A stretch of DNA of 64,000 nucleotides from Raillietiella orientalis (lineage: Eukaryota): positions 4,154,001-4,218,000 of the forward strand of contig JAYWIR010000002.1 of assembly GCA_036172245.1 (NCBI GenBank). The letters run 5' to 3'. A program made the translations under genes and the position numbers. The notes beneath the pieces were generated by a model. The model made no database searches. It was not told where the DNA came from and saw nothing but the letters and a program-made list of their open reading frames with translations. Each line of letters starts with the position of its first letter. The first letter of the stretch is position 1. This document shows, piece by piece, positions 1 to 11,525 of this stretch.

Positions 1-249
1 GTCCAGGAAGACCTTGACTTACTGCACTTCCATCCTTCTCATCTCTTCGTCGAGTTCCCTCTCCTTAGTAGCCACGCTATTTACCGAAGCGCGGAACCCT
101 AGCTACTTGCTACATAAGCCTGCAACTGCATATCCCTGGGAACTTCATCATGAATGGCTTCTGAGGCAACCTAAGAAGCACTTTGCAGCCTCTTTAACGA
201 TCAGCAGTGTTGAGCTCGACTCCTTTGCGGTCTCATCCATCTTTGGAAC

Positions 250-1000
250 AACTTCTTTACTTGAGGACCCTCGTGGGTAGGCGCATTCGCCTCTGTTACC
301 TATCTGCTTTGTTACTTATTTGTACTCGCTTTAGCCTTAGAGAAAGTAGCTTCCACTATGGGGGGAGGTAGTACACTCTCGGAGGTGAGGACCACCGAAA
401 AGTCAACCACTCTCTGGAAGTTGACTCTTCCGGGTCGCTTCCGACTGCGAAATTTCTCTATGGATGAGATGAACACACGTGTCTGTTTTCGAGAAGAAAG
501 AGGGCGAGCCCAAAGAGGTCTGAGTCGTTGGAAAGGAAGAGGGTTCTCCGGAAAAGCATTACTGCGCGCACGCATCACATGAGGAATCGCGGCAGCACCT
601 TCTTATTGGCACAGACTTTGCTCGATTGCGGCCATGCCGTTACCCTCTTTAGACATCAGTCCTCTCGGTCCTGAACACCTTTTACAGGTGAGCCCCGCTC
701 ATCTTGAGCGCGAGGTCCATCTCGAGAGACAAATCCAACCGGATTCTCTCTCTCCGAGTAGTCCGGACGAAAACACTAACCCGAATCGGCTTTTATTGTT
801 TTCCCAGAGGAAAGGATGGAAAGTCTCTTGATATTTTTGGCAACGGGAATCTCATTGATGCGAGCCGCTGTGATCAAACACGCAGTAAAGAATAACTGCA
901 AGGCATCAGCAAAAGAAACGCAGGGAAGCTGTAATTGTCCCTTAAAGTGAGGAAAAAATTGCCGGGGACATAAAAAGAAAGGGAAGGAGCAGATAGGCAG
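250..1000 (-). mobile_element. Possible decayed ORF1 (gag-like) of an L1/Tx1-clade retrotransposon
   Basis: Minus-strand pieces LITAARINEIPV and KQTRVFISSIEK..PGRVNFQRVVDFSVVLTSES loosely resemble Tx1 ORF1 motifs (SASRMNKAVVVF; RRQVFM). Frameshifted, weak similarity. Confidence 0.25.
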
Positions 1001-1669
1001 CCCATGTCGGGTCGTGCAAACTAATCGTGAATCCTCGTCGACCACAATGAGATCTGAGAGTCGGCTGTGTAGAGACGACCATGCAATGCTAACGCTTTCG
1101 ATCGTTCCAGTCTCAGGATATTTCCAAAAACCTGCCGATGGATTTCCATCAAAGTGGAACGCAGATGCGCTCGCGGCACGGGAGGAGCTCCTCTACCCCC
1201 CATCCCCTTAAGAAGATGTTGGTTCAGCAAAAGCATAGTTCATTGTAGAAGCCCTTACCGTCTCGATGAGCTCGGGTGGCTGCGGAGGAAACATCCATTG
1301 TCCCGAACCGCAGCAGCAGGAACGTTTGTTCTAATGGCTTGTTTAAGTAGGGCTGAGAGCTGCATGGTTTGCTTTCCAGGGAGAAGTGTAGCTTCTCCAT
1401 TTCCCCTCAGCAAGTTTGCAGAAAACCGAGAACCACGGGCTGGAGGGGACGACGGTGAGTGGCGACAAATCCCGAGATCACAGAAACGCGAGCGGCGTCG
1501 AAATTTACCAGGATCGCGTCGGTTAATAAATCTTCACAAGATGGAAAACATGAGCCACTGTTCACAAACTCTCAGCACCAAGCACAGAAGCCAAGATACT
1601 CCATGCATGAGGTTTGGGAATAACGGAAAAATAGAAAGGAGTTAGGAAACAAACACTAGCATCAGCCTA

Positions 1670-3000
1670 CGCAGAGCTGCCCGCCTTGGTTTCCTTGGTT
1701 ACCAACAATGTGCAACCGATCCGGAGCAGTCCACTATTGCGCGAAAAAGAGAAGGAATGTAAGGCGCCCTTCTATGGGCACAGCATCGATGCTTTCGATG
1801 AGTGGTCGACGCGCTCGGCATATGACCGAATGCACGCGCATGGCTTTGGCAAGTTCGCCGGGAGCCACGCACTCTTTAAGCCGGACTTCGAGCCAGCTCA
1901 TTTTGAAGAGGGCGTTAAGCGGGTCGGGCCGGCGGGCACTCTGGCCAGCCTCCTGGTTTCCGCCCGGAGTAGCTATCGGGCTGTACGGAGCGCTTCCTTG
2001 GACACCGGGACGCAAAAACAGGCCAAAGGTCGCCGCGCCCGTTCTTGTCGCGTGCTCCTGGGCTGCCTTGAGCCGCTCCTCGGTTCTCTTCCCGGAACTC
2101 TAGCTTGGCAAACAGCGGCCAGCTGCGGCACGGGAGCGCAGCCGCTATGGGGGATGCTCACAGCGAAATGGGTTCCCGGATTCAGCGCTCCGAAACGCGA
2201 AGAAAAGTGGGAAGCGGTGGCGGTGTTTCGACTAAGGCAAAATCCAAGGTCTTCTTCCCTGAGCTTCCGGCGAAGACGACACGGCTTGCTGAGAGAGCTC
2301 CGAAACCTCTCTGCTGGCGAGCCTCGTTGCCGTCTCCCCCCTGGGAGGTGGCGCGCGGTTTCTGACAGAGGCGTGGCTCTGGCGAAGGCAGCAGCGGATG
2401 CCGGCCCTCGTGGGAGCTCTCAGCCGACTTCGTGCGCTCCTGTCCAGGAAGCTGCGGGCAGCACAGCTCCGCCAGAGCGCCAGTCGTCGTAGGTGCCCAA
2501 ACACCCTTAAGCCTCTCGCCCTTTTTGTCGTTCGCGCTGCTGGACCCTGAGCTTCCTCTTTGCTTTTCGGCAGAGCGCTCGGAGGCGTCACAGCGAAGAG
2601 GCGCGGTCCGAGGAACGTTCCGCCTCGCGTGACGCCATCGGAAACCGATGCCGAGCATCGGTGGCACCTCACGGAGTGTGGAGTTGCCTCTTCCCGTGGG
2701 CTGTCCACTGGGTGATTGTGGAGGAGAGAGGGATCCGCTCGCAGCTTCGAACGGGGAGTCGCAGCGGGTCTCCCCGCGAGAGGAAGGGAAGGAAGCGCTC
2801 GCAGTTCCTCCAGACACCTAGCGGAGCAGCGACGAACCACGTTTCTCCCCGAGGGGGCCGGAGCAAGTACGAGTCGCGTGCGCTAACCAGCCAGTTCGGG
2901 AGGAGGGGTGCGCCGGCCCGGGTTCGGACAGGAGCGAGTGTGGGGAAGAAAAGAGGGGGGCAGGAAGAGGAAGGAACTCTCCCGGCGAGGGACGGCGGCG
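1670..3000 (+). mobile_element. Decayed L1/Tx1-clade reverse transcriptase region
   Basis: ORF 1686-2492 carries collinear degenerate RT motifs: IDAFDEW..HGFG (DxxKAFDRV..GFG), EEGVKRVGP..LASLL (RGVRQGCPLSPLL), SLSFRRR (LSLRGR), VALAKAAADAG (LPKEEGGLG). The 3' limit is approximate. Confidence 0.5.
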
Positions 3001-5214
3001 GCCTGGAGCGCGGGGACCCGCCGAGCGCTCAGTCGGCGGAGCCGCCGGTCGCTCGCTCGCCACCCTCGGCACGGCAGCGCGCGAGGCGCTGGATCTCTCT
3101 TTCACTAGGATCCGTGCAGGCTTCGTTGGACCGCTGTTTTTCTCCTTTCTGGAAGGATGGAGAACCGTCCCCGCGGACGCTCCCTGACCGCGCGCGAGAT
3201 CGCACCGAAAATCCCTGGACTGAATCCCTGGACGAAAAAATCGGGGGCGAACGAGACGGCAGCCCCTGCTCCTTGAGCTCCCCGCTGGACCGCTCCGGAG
3301 ACCACGAAGCCCCAGCTGCCCACTTCCTCCCACCCATGCGCACGCTCAAACTCACACACTCACGCGTGGAGAGGGAAAGAGATAGGATGGAAACAGGGTA
3401 GGGAATCGAGAGTGCCAACTCCCACTCCCCATTCCTCCCTTCCTCACTCCCTCGGGCGTCGCCTTGGTCCATTGCGCAGCGAGCGGACTTCCTCCTGCTC
3501 CGCAAGTGCCGTCGCTCGCTCGTACCCGAGGCGTCCCCGGGAGCACCGCTGCCGCGCCTCCCGCGTTTTCCGACATCCCCGTCACCAGGGCGAGCCGAGA
3601 GCGCGGGGGCGACGGATTTACGGGATCCACGTGGCAACGAGCTCCCAACCAAAAGGCGCAACAAGGGGAGGAGGAAAGACAAAGAAAACTGCTCGTCCCT
3701 GACGTCATAGATCCTGGATGCGACCGCGGAGCCTCGATGATGCCATCTGCCGCTGCCGCCGCCGCTCTCGTTGTCATTCTCCAGAGCCTTCGGCAGCGCC
3801 AGGAGGATCCCTCTGGGAAGGGGGGGGATGCAGCGTCACCCTGCTGCTGCTGGGGAGACTGCTGCAGTGCCGGGAGCCCCTCGTTCCCGCGCCCCTCCTC
3901 TTCTTTCCCTCTCGGGGGAGTCTCCCGAGACGGCTGAGGCTTTGGGCTCTCCCACGAGGATCCTGGGGATGAATCCCCCGCGCGTGGTGGACGCAAGACT
4001 GGCATCAGGGAGGGGCGGGAATGCTGGCGCGGTCTCTTCCGGAAATTTGATCTTTTCTCTGCAAGTGGATTCGAACCGCTCCTTTGCCTTCCCCTCTTCC
4101 TCCTTCCCTCTTGCCTCCTTGACTCCTTCTCCTTTTCTTCCCCTCCCTTCGTTCTCTTCCCCCACTCCTCCTCCCTTCCTCCTCCTCCCCTCGATCTTAT
4201 TCTTCCCGCCCCCTCCTCCCCCGAGCCACCCTCTGCCGTTGCCACAAATCCCGCCCAGCAGAGGCGAAACGGTCCCGAGCAAGTTTCCGCTTCGGCTTCC
4301 CTCCCGGTTCCCGCTTACCTGCGTCTAATGGAACCGAAGCGGGATGAGCCCGTCACCCTTTGTCAGCCGCAGGAGTCCTCCTCCACCTCTCCTCCTCTCC
4401 CCTCCTTTCCCGTCCTCTTCCTGCCCTGCCCTGCCTTGAGCTGGAGCCGCGGAGCGCCGAGGGGAAAACCTGGGAGCTGAGTAGGGAGTGTTCGCGCCCT
4501 TCCTCGCCCTCTCCCGCGTCGGTACCTTCCGGAGGTACCAGTCCTTCGAGCGGCTGAAGGGGCCTCAACACCACTACCAGCCTCAACGTCCACCCCCCTC
4601 CCCACTACCGGCCCCGGGAGAGTTCCGTCCTACTTTACCTCTCCGGTTTCCTTGCCCAACGAGGGAAGGTTGCGAGGACGGAGGGAGCTGTTCTGCGCCT
4701 TGGGTCCTCATCTCCGGGCAGCGGGACTGCGATGGAGGACTGCCGCAGGAAGGACTGCCGCAGGAGTCTCCTCTCGGGAAAGAGTCCAAGGAGTCGGCAC
4801 GGATGAGCCAAGGGCCGGGGGCTAAGCAGCAGCAGCAGTGGCGACGAAGGCAGCTGAGGATCATGGGGGCCCTCGCTGGCGCAGACGCTTCTCCCAGAGC
4901 GCGCATCCCTTCGAGCCTCCCATTCTTTCTTCTGTTGGCAGGGTGCGCATCGAGCGCCTCCCACGCCGGTAAGCGGCGACGGCAGGGAGATCATTCCTTC
5001 GCGGTGGTCCCTCTGAGCTGGTGCTTCCCCTGGCCCCCGTCCAAGAGGTGTCCAGAACCGAAACTCAGGGGTCGTCCGTCGATTCGTCCGAGCACGCGTA
5101 AACCCCAATCCAGAAGCACGCAGAGCGAGCAGCGGCTATCGACGGCAGGGGGCGGGGGAGGAAGCGATGCGGATGCTGACACCTCGTGGAGATGGCCCTC
5201 GCTTCCCACGCGCT

Positions 5215-5967
5215 AGGGGCCACGCGCGAAGCGATGAAGGCGGCGAGATACACGCGCGCGCCCTCGTTCGATTTCCACGCAGAATTCTCCGGAGGCGGCT
5301 CGGAAGCAATCTGCGACTGGTCGGGTTCTTACCGACATCACTGGGCCCGAGGAGTGAGGAGGAAGGGAGGAGGGTGTGAACCCCAGCTGCAGCAGGTGCG
5401 GATGGCGAGATTCCCTCCCGCACCTGCCCGTGGACTGCATCACCCTCCGGCCTTCACGGGGACGCTCGGCCACCACCCTCCTCATCCCGGCTCTCGACCC
5501 CAGCCGGGACGTCTTGAAGCGCCTCTTCAAGCGCGAAGCCCTACCGCCCAGTCGCGTCCCTAGAAGCAGCGTCTTCGCCGCCTCCGCGGAATTGCGGCGG
5601 CCAGGAGCGATGCCGGAGGAGGCCAGGACGACGGTGACGCACGCTTCCCACTTTGGGCCGTCCGCTCCCCACAGATGGCATCGAGATGGCCTCACCACCC
5701 GGGAACCATTCAGCAAGACCTCGCCGGAATCCTCGGAAGGATGCAGAGGACACCCTCCAACAGAGGATCTTTTCCGGACCTTCCTTAGCTTTTATATATT
5801 TATTTTTTTATTTTTCCATTCGTCCCCTCCCCCCTGATGCCGAGGCAACCGCGCTGATCTGCGCGCCGCCCCTCGGCAGATTCCTCGTGTGGATGGGCGT
5901 GGTGGACTGCAAGCCAGTACCTTTGTTCTGCTTAAAAGACGCCCCGGTGCGCACCCGGGCGGGAGAC
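5215..5967 (+). mobile_element. Tx1-like family A, 3' fragment (copy A)
   Basis: CSRC..SLPHLPVDC zinc knuckle; C-terminus LAGILGRMQRTPS shared with copies B, C, D; T-rich 3' UTR, conserved GCCGAGG..CCTCGGC stem and terminal GCCCCGG..CCGGG hairpin. The 5' limit is approximate. Confidence 0.75.
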
Positions 5968-6279
5968 GACCTCCCGAGTTGGCGTCCATGTGGCTGCAGC
6001 GGCCTCCGCGCGTGGTTCGAAGCGTCGCGGGTTCGAATCCCTCCCGTGGAAGGATAGACGATCGAGAACAGGCGGTGTGTCATGGGTCTCGAGTTCTCCC
6101 CGCAGAATGAAGCTGGTTGGCTATGTTCAGGTGCGGAGGCACTGGTGGAAACCGGATGCCCCCCCCCGTTGACTGGCCCACGGGACTGGAAGGTGACCCT
6201 CCTTCCTCCGGAGTCCTTCCCGGATTCATAGAGCAGAGTTTCATAGAGCATAGCGGTCCTTACCCAGCATGCTCCGTAT

Positions 6280-6867
6280 TCCCGTCCAACTGCTGCAGGT
6301 CCGGGGAACATGAATCCCTCCCCCATCTGCTTTTGCACCGTGTTGCCCTTCGACCCCTGTGGTTGCGTTACGCAACGGCCCTTGGTGCACCTACGGACAA
6401 TCCCAGGGCGAGACTCCTCTTCATGCGCCATGCCCTTTCGCCTGCCACATCCCCAGCAGCTCTTTGCTGCTGCCTACGCGGGATTGTGGCGGCCTGGAGC
6501 TACACGAGAGGAGGACGGTACGACAGGGACGCCATCTGCTTCGCCCTGCGCTTCCTGCGGACGGCAGCTAGATGGCCCTATCTGGGACAAAATCAGAAGG
6601 AACTTGCCGGCATCCTGGAAAGGATGCAGAGGACGCCTTCCAGCTCCTGGTGATCCCTTTCTTGACCCTCCCAATTTTTTTGTATAATTTTTTTTTTTAT
6701 TATTTCTGTTTTTTACTTCACCTCTGCTGCCGAGGCGAACCTCTTCGGCCTGCGTGCCGGTCACTCGGCAGGTTCCGAGCATTCTCGGACAATGTAGGGA
6801 CGGTGGCCCTACACCTGTATGTTTATTATTTTTTATAATAAGCGCCTCGGCGTGACCGGGTGATAAA
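6280..6867 (+). mobile_element. Tx1-like family A, 5'-truncated insertion (copy B) with TSD CCGTAT
   Basis: CCRSGEHESLPHLLLH..LRPLW knuckle region, stop at 6653, family 3' UTR. CCGTAT at 6274-6279 and 6868-6873; the empty site is seen at about 10426-10450. Confidence 0.85.
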
Positions 6868-7097
6868 CCGTATCTTGAAGTGTTGACACGCGCCCCTGGG
6901 TGGCGCGGACAGCGCCAAAGAGCTTCGTGAGCTCCCCTTAAGAAAGCGGGCGGTTCTTCAGCACTTCATGGGAGCCAAAAAGGAAAAAAAGAAGCTGGAA
7001 GGAAAGCAGCAGAAACAGAAGGACTCGAAATGATTCCCATCATCCTGGGCCAATGTCTGTCCCGGCATAACTGGGTGATAATTATCCTGGGCCAATG

Positions 7098-7984
7098 CTA
7101 GGACATGCTGCATAGCAGCAAAGACTAAACTTATGGGGAGCGTGAACAACTCGGGAAGTGACGGACGCTGCGACCCTGAGTGTCCCACCCCACGGACTTG
7201 TGCTCTGTGGAGAGCTGCTCGATATCCCTCCGGAGGAGGTGAATTGGCCTCCAGTGTGCTGGAATAGTGCAACCTTCCCCCCCCCCCTCCTTCTCAAGGG
7301 GTAGGGGTTGGCGTTGCTGGTGTTCCCGGGAATCCCGCACAAAGCGCTCCTTCACCACTGGACACAGGGGAGGGAGCATGCACGCTCGGTACGACAGGTG
7401 CGAGAAGTCCCGCACCTGCTGTTGGACTGTTCCGCCCTCCGATCCCTTTGGGGTCGCCTCGCGACGACCCATGGAATCCCTGCGAGCGGACCCAAGGACA
7501 TTTTCAGATGCCTCTTCGTGCGTGATGCTGCACTGCCACCAGCCGCGTCCCTCGTACTCGTCTGCTGCTCCCCGGAATCGTGGCTGCCTGGAACGCGGAA
7601 GGAGAGGCCGAAATGGCAGGGATGCCATCCACTGGGCGAGGATCTTCCTGAAGACCGCCTCGAGATGGCCCCATCTGGACGCTACACAGACGGAACTTGC
7701 CAGCATTCTGAGCAGGATGCAGAGGACTCTGAGCAGCGTACCATGATCCCCTCCTCGGTCCCCCTCCCCGCTCTCCCCTCGTAAAAATCCCCGTCCCCTG
7801 TTTTGTGCGTTTGTTTTTTTTTATTGTTTTTGTTTCCCCTCCCTCACGCTGCCGAAGAGGACCTCGCCGACCTGCGCACCGCTCCTCGGCAGGCCCATTG
7901 AGCGTTGTAGAACCAACGGCCCTACCACGAAGAATGTATTTTTATTACTCTACGTAATAAATGCCCCGGCATAACCGGTGGTGA
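7098..7984 (+). mobile_element. Tx1-like family A, 5'-truncated insertion (copy C)
   Basis: PHLLLDCSALRSLW, C-terminus RWPHLDATQTELASILSRMQRTLSSVP*, AATAAA followed by the terminal hairpin. Flanked by degenerate TSD TTATCCTGGGCC (7082) / TCATCCCAGGCC (7985). Confidence 0.8.
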
Positions 7985-8249
7985 TCATCCCAGGCCGTTA
8001 GCAACGGCCTCCCTTTGAGGTCGCTACTGGCCTTTGGCAAAAAAAAAAGGAAGCGATTGTTCGGGATCGACCCGGGTTGCATCGCATCCGGTGTTTACGT
8101 GATCAGCGATCGCATCGTGGAAGCGCGGCAATCAAAACAGGAAGGATATGCCGCGGAAAGGGGGGAGGACGGGACTGGGCGGGGGGGGAGAGAGAGAGAG
8201 AGCGCGTGCGTGCAGCGGGAGCGGCGAAGGCTCCAAACTGTTTACCTCG

Positions 8250-8620
8250 GGGATCCTGGACGCCCCGAACTCATTACTATTCCGTTTACAGGAATGTCTG
8301 GCACGATTTCAAGATATGCACTCGTCCCTCGCCATCGCTGCGTATGATTCCAGGATAAATGGAAGCGAGAGCAATCGTTCCACATCTCGATGGAGCTGCT
8401 GCTGCATCGCAAGCCCCCGGAGCACGGGCGTGGGGCGCAAGAATGCCCAGAATTCGGCTCCGCCGCTAATCGACTCGATTTCTGCCCGCGCGTTTTCGCA
8501 CGGAGCGCGGAAAGTAAATGATGATTTACGAGCAAACGAGGAATTTAATGATTTTTCGGATAACTGGAACGAAGGACAAGCTGAAATGAAAAAAGGAACT
8601 TCTTCATTTCTCAAGGAAGG
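8250..8620 (-). mobile_element. Possible hAT (Buster/Charlie-like) transposase C-terminal remnant
   Basis: AEFWAFLRPTPVLRGLAM..DVERLLSL and EIVPDI resemble the hAT dimerisation domain (EFW..YPxL..A..ERxFS). No TIRs found. Confidence 0.3.
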
Positions 8621-8829
8621 AGTGTATTTTGGGAGGGGGGGGGGAGGAGGAAATCTCTCGAAAGGCAAACGTGTGTCGGAAAGGAGAGAGAGGTCCAATA
8701 AGTGCGGAAGTCCACGCACGGGGTAGTTGGCACGCGCGGGGGTTCCCTCCGGGGGGAGCGATCCCTGGCGTACCGCGTGCAGCTGACGAGGAGCTGATCC
8801 CTATCCTGCTGAAACCCGGCGGAGGAACT

Positions 8830-9150
8830 CTAACCGCGAGCCGTGAACACGCCGCTACTGGCGATTGAATCTGCATGTACCAGGAGCGGTCCATCCACGC
8901 AGCGCCCTTCGGTTTCCCGGAGAGCAAACCGAACGCGAGGAAGGAATCGCAGCGGCTTCGGACCGATGATATCCGGGAGAGACGCTGCTCTCACCATGGT
9001 GACGTGGTTGTCAAGCACTGATTTTCGCTGCAGCGATCCTCGCGAAGAAGGGATCCCTCTAAGCTCTCGCGGACCGAAAGAAGTAATCCTTCATCATGTG
9101 ATTTTATGCTTGTCTTCTGGAAGAAGAGGGAATAACAGGGTACATCCCTG
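8830..9150 (-). mobile_element. Possible pogo/Tigger DDE transposase remnant
   Basis: KSVLDNHVT...LRFLP...VDGPL resembles DDE_1 LLLDN.SSH...FLPP...QPLD..GP.K. Confidence 0.35.
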
Positions 9151-9931
9151 TCGGACATGAATGCAGGTCATTAGAGCTGGATATCGGGAGGTGCAGTCCT
9201 TTTTTTTCCTTTCTTATTCTTCTTCTGTTCAAATAGCAGTACCTGATTTTAAAAAAATAAATAAATCTATAAATAAAATGAATGGATCTACGGGTGGTTT
9301 CGATCCGTCTCCAGTATCCCTACAGCGGGACAACTGCAAGGTTTCCACCCACGGAGTTTCATCAAGCCGTGGTATGGGAATCCAATCGCGGAACACCCTG
9401 GTTGCGCTGCCAGGGAATCCTGAGTCTCCTGAAAGAGGAGGATCTCCTGCCGCCTCCGCTGCGAGTTTTCGTGAGATGCGTCCACGAGCAGCTGCGCGTA
9501 AGGGGGAGATAAAAAAAGGGGGGGCATCGGGAACAGACGCACCGCGAAACCCACCCAGCGCGCATCTGCAAGGAATCTGATTCGAGTCGACTGCATCTCC
9601 CCCCCGTCACGTGAAACGAAGTAACCTTCCCCCACACACACACATACACACCTTCCCTTCCTCCCTTACCCCAGAATCGCATGCGTCATCCTCCGTGACT
9701 GACCCCAGACGCGAACCGGAGTCAGTGGGAGCATCGATGCGCATTTCGTTTCGATCACCCGTGATTCTGGAAGTGCAGCATCTATTGGGGAGGGTTGGCT
9801 CTGGGCCGAAACCCCCTTCGCGAAATAAGAAACATAAGAATAACGGGAAGCTGCATCGACACCTCGATACATCCCGACGCTTGCGAATCGAGAATTCTTT
9901 CCCCGGCTCCGGAGCAGCGATTTCCGACATC

Positions 9932-10960
9932 TTCGCAGCGCGGCCGGCCGTGAGGCTGCTGCGGTCCCTCTGCGCCACGCGGCACCGAGAGTCGCCGGTT
10001 CGAATCCCCACGTGGAGGATCGGCGCCGAGAAATGGGGTGGGTGCGTCGTGGGTTTCGAGTCCCCCCCGCAGGATGGCTCTGGTCGGCCTGTAGACTGCG
10101 GGTGCGGTACCGGTGGATGCCCGAAAAGACCAGGATGCTCCCCGTTGAGTGGCCAGGATTGCAAGTTGACCCTCCAGGGTCCTTCCAGGACATCAAGGAG
10201 CCCTTCGGGGTTTCCTTCCGGTTGCGAAAATGGAACCGACTCCTACCCCTTTTCGAGGGAGGACCTTCCATCATTGCATGATGGAGCTGGTTGATACCCC
10301 TAACGGGGATTGCCTCTCCAGATCGCCAGAAACGCTCTGCGCCCTCTAAAGAAAATGGGAAGTGAAAGGAAAAGGAACGGACTCCCTCCTCAGAAGTCCT
10401 TCCCGGACTCATAGGGCGCTCCCCACCCAGCGTACCCCGTGTCTTGAAGAGTTGGCACGCACCCTGGGAAGGCGTCGACAGCGTCAAAGAGCCTCGCGAG
10501 TACCCCCCTGAGGAGGCGGACACAAGTGCGGCCGTTTGCGAGGACAGTAAAGAATCACGTGACAGCAATAGAACAGCGAGACGCGATGAAAAACCCGGTG
10601 ACCGAATGCTTTCATGCAGCGGGGTAGTCCTTCGAGTGAGGGAGGGGAAGTGGGAGTTCCGCAAGCTCTCCGGAAAAAAGCAGCGGAAGGCATCGCCGTG
10701 GAGCTTCGAACGCTGAGGTGCCGAGGAACACGGCTGATGCGCAAGATGGAGCCGGAAACGAAAATATGTCCAAGAAAGAGAAATGGTGCATACAAGTGGA
10801 GCGGGGAATGTCAGCACTCCAGCCAAGGGATTATTCCCGAAACGTCACAGCACTGTAGCTGAGGGAAAGCTGAAAAAAGATGGATTTGTGCGTGCACATG
10901 CTGTGACCAGCATGGCGAAAGCACGACCTACTTGAAAAAAAGAAGAAGGAAAAGAAAGAA
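9932..10960 (+). mobile_element. tRNA-headed long repeat, copy 2
   Basis: GGTTCGAATCCCC near 9997 and a second B-box-like GGGTTTCGAGTCCC near 10051; body matches copies 1 and 4. The 3' limit is approximate. Confidence 0.75.
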
Positions 10961-11074
10961 AAAGGCTAGTGAAGCGTTCCCGGAAATTCGTTCGTGACTC
11001 TGGAGTGCAGTTCCCACCACCTTCCGAGACTTTTCCCCAAAACAGCACGTAGGGAGAGAATCCCACCAAACCCG

Positions 11075-11275
11075 TATGCGTCATCTTGCGGGAGAACTGG
11101 AAACCCACGACGCACCTCCCGTTCTCGGAGCCGATCCTCCCACGTGGGGATTTGGAAGCCGCGAAAGGGATCTTTAGAAGGGCACGGATCTGAAGCCGAT
11201 ATGGAGAAAGCCAATTAGCGAAATTGGTGGGGTGATCGGGAGACACCACCCCAAGGGCGCTGCAGCCGCAGTCTG
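11075..11275 (-). mobile_element. tRNA-headed repeat fragment, copy 3
   Basis: Reverse complement reads AATCCCCACGTGGGAGGATCGGCTCCGAGAACGGGAGGTGCGTCGTGGGTTT, matching 10003-10057. Confidence 0.7.
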
Positions 11276-11525
11276 AGCCCTCCCTCCCTCTCTCCTCCTC
11301 CCAATGTTCCGCATGGCTTCCGAAAGGAAAATTTGTGCAGAGTTTTCCTTAGAGAGACCACGTCTGCTTCCCGTCGCTCCAAATTCCATTTCAAACGCAT
11401 GTGAGGTTACAACCTCCCTCGCATAGTAACGCATGATGTGCGCAATATATTAGATAATCATTTTTACTGCAAAAGTGCGAACTCTGGAAGGAATCAGCAT
11501 CGCATTCATGTTTGATGATCTCAAG

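Larger units (their letters stand above)
5971..8012 (+). mobile_element. tRNA-headed long repeat (SINE-like), copy 1, split by three Tx1 insertions (host segments 5971-6279, 6874-7055, 7985-8012)
   Basis: B-box GGGTTCGAATCCC near 6028-6040. Segments are collinear with uninterrupted copies at 9932-10960 and 26324-27080 (e.g. GTCCTTCCCGGA, TCTTGAAG, CCATCATCCT). Confidence 0.75.

Noticed and set aside
2100-5216. Many long overlapping ORFs on both strands (also 9611-10826 and 32391-33545)
   Set aside because: Low-complexity G/R/P/S-rich translations expected from stop-poor GC-rich decayed repeats; no recognisable host domains or splice structure.
5971-6055. Functional tRNA genes at the GGTTCGAATCCC motifs
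   Set aside because: No complete cloverleaf or oligo-T terminator; the copies are divergent and continue into a shared repeat body.
6726-6778. HDV-like ribozyme in the family-A 3' UTR (either strand)
   Set aside because: Pseudoknot-like pairing exists, but there is no P4, no J4/2 with the catalytic C and no canonical L3/P1.1.
7040-7097. CRISPR-like repeat-spacer-repeat
   Set aside because: Only two 14-16 bp repeats, eukaryotic context, no cas genes; explained as a target-site duplication.
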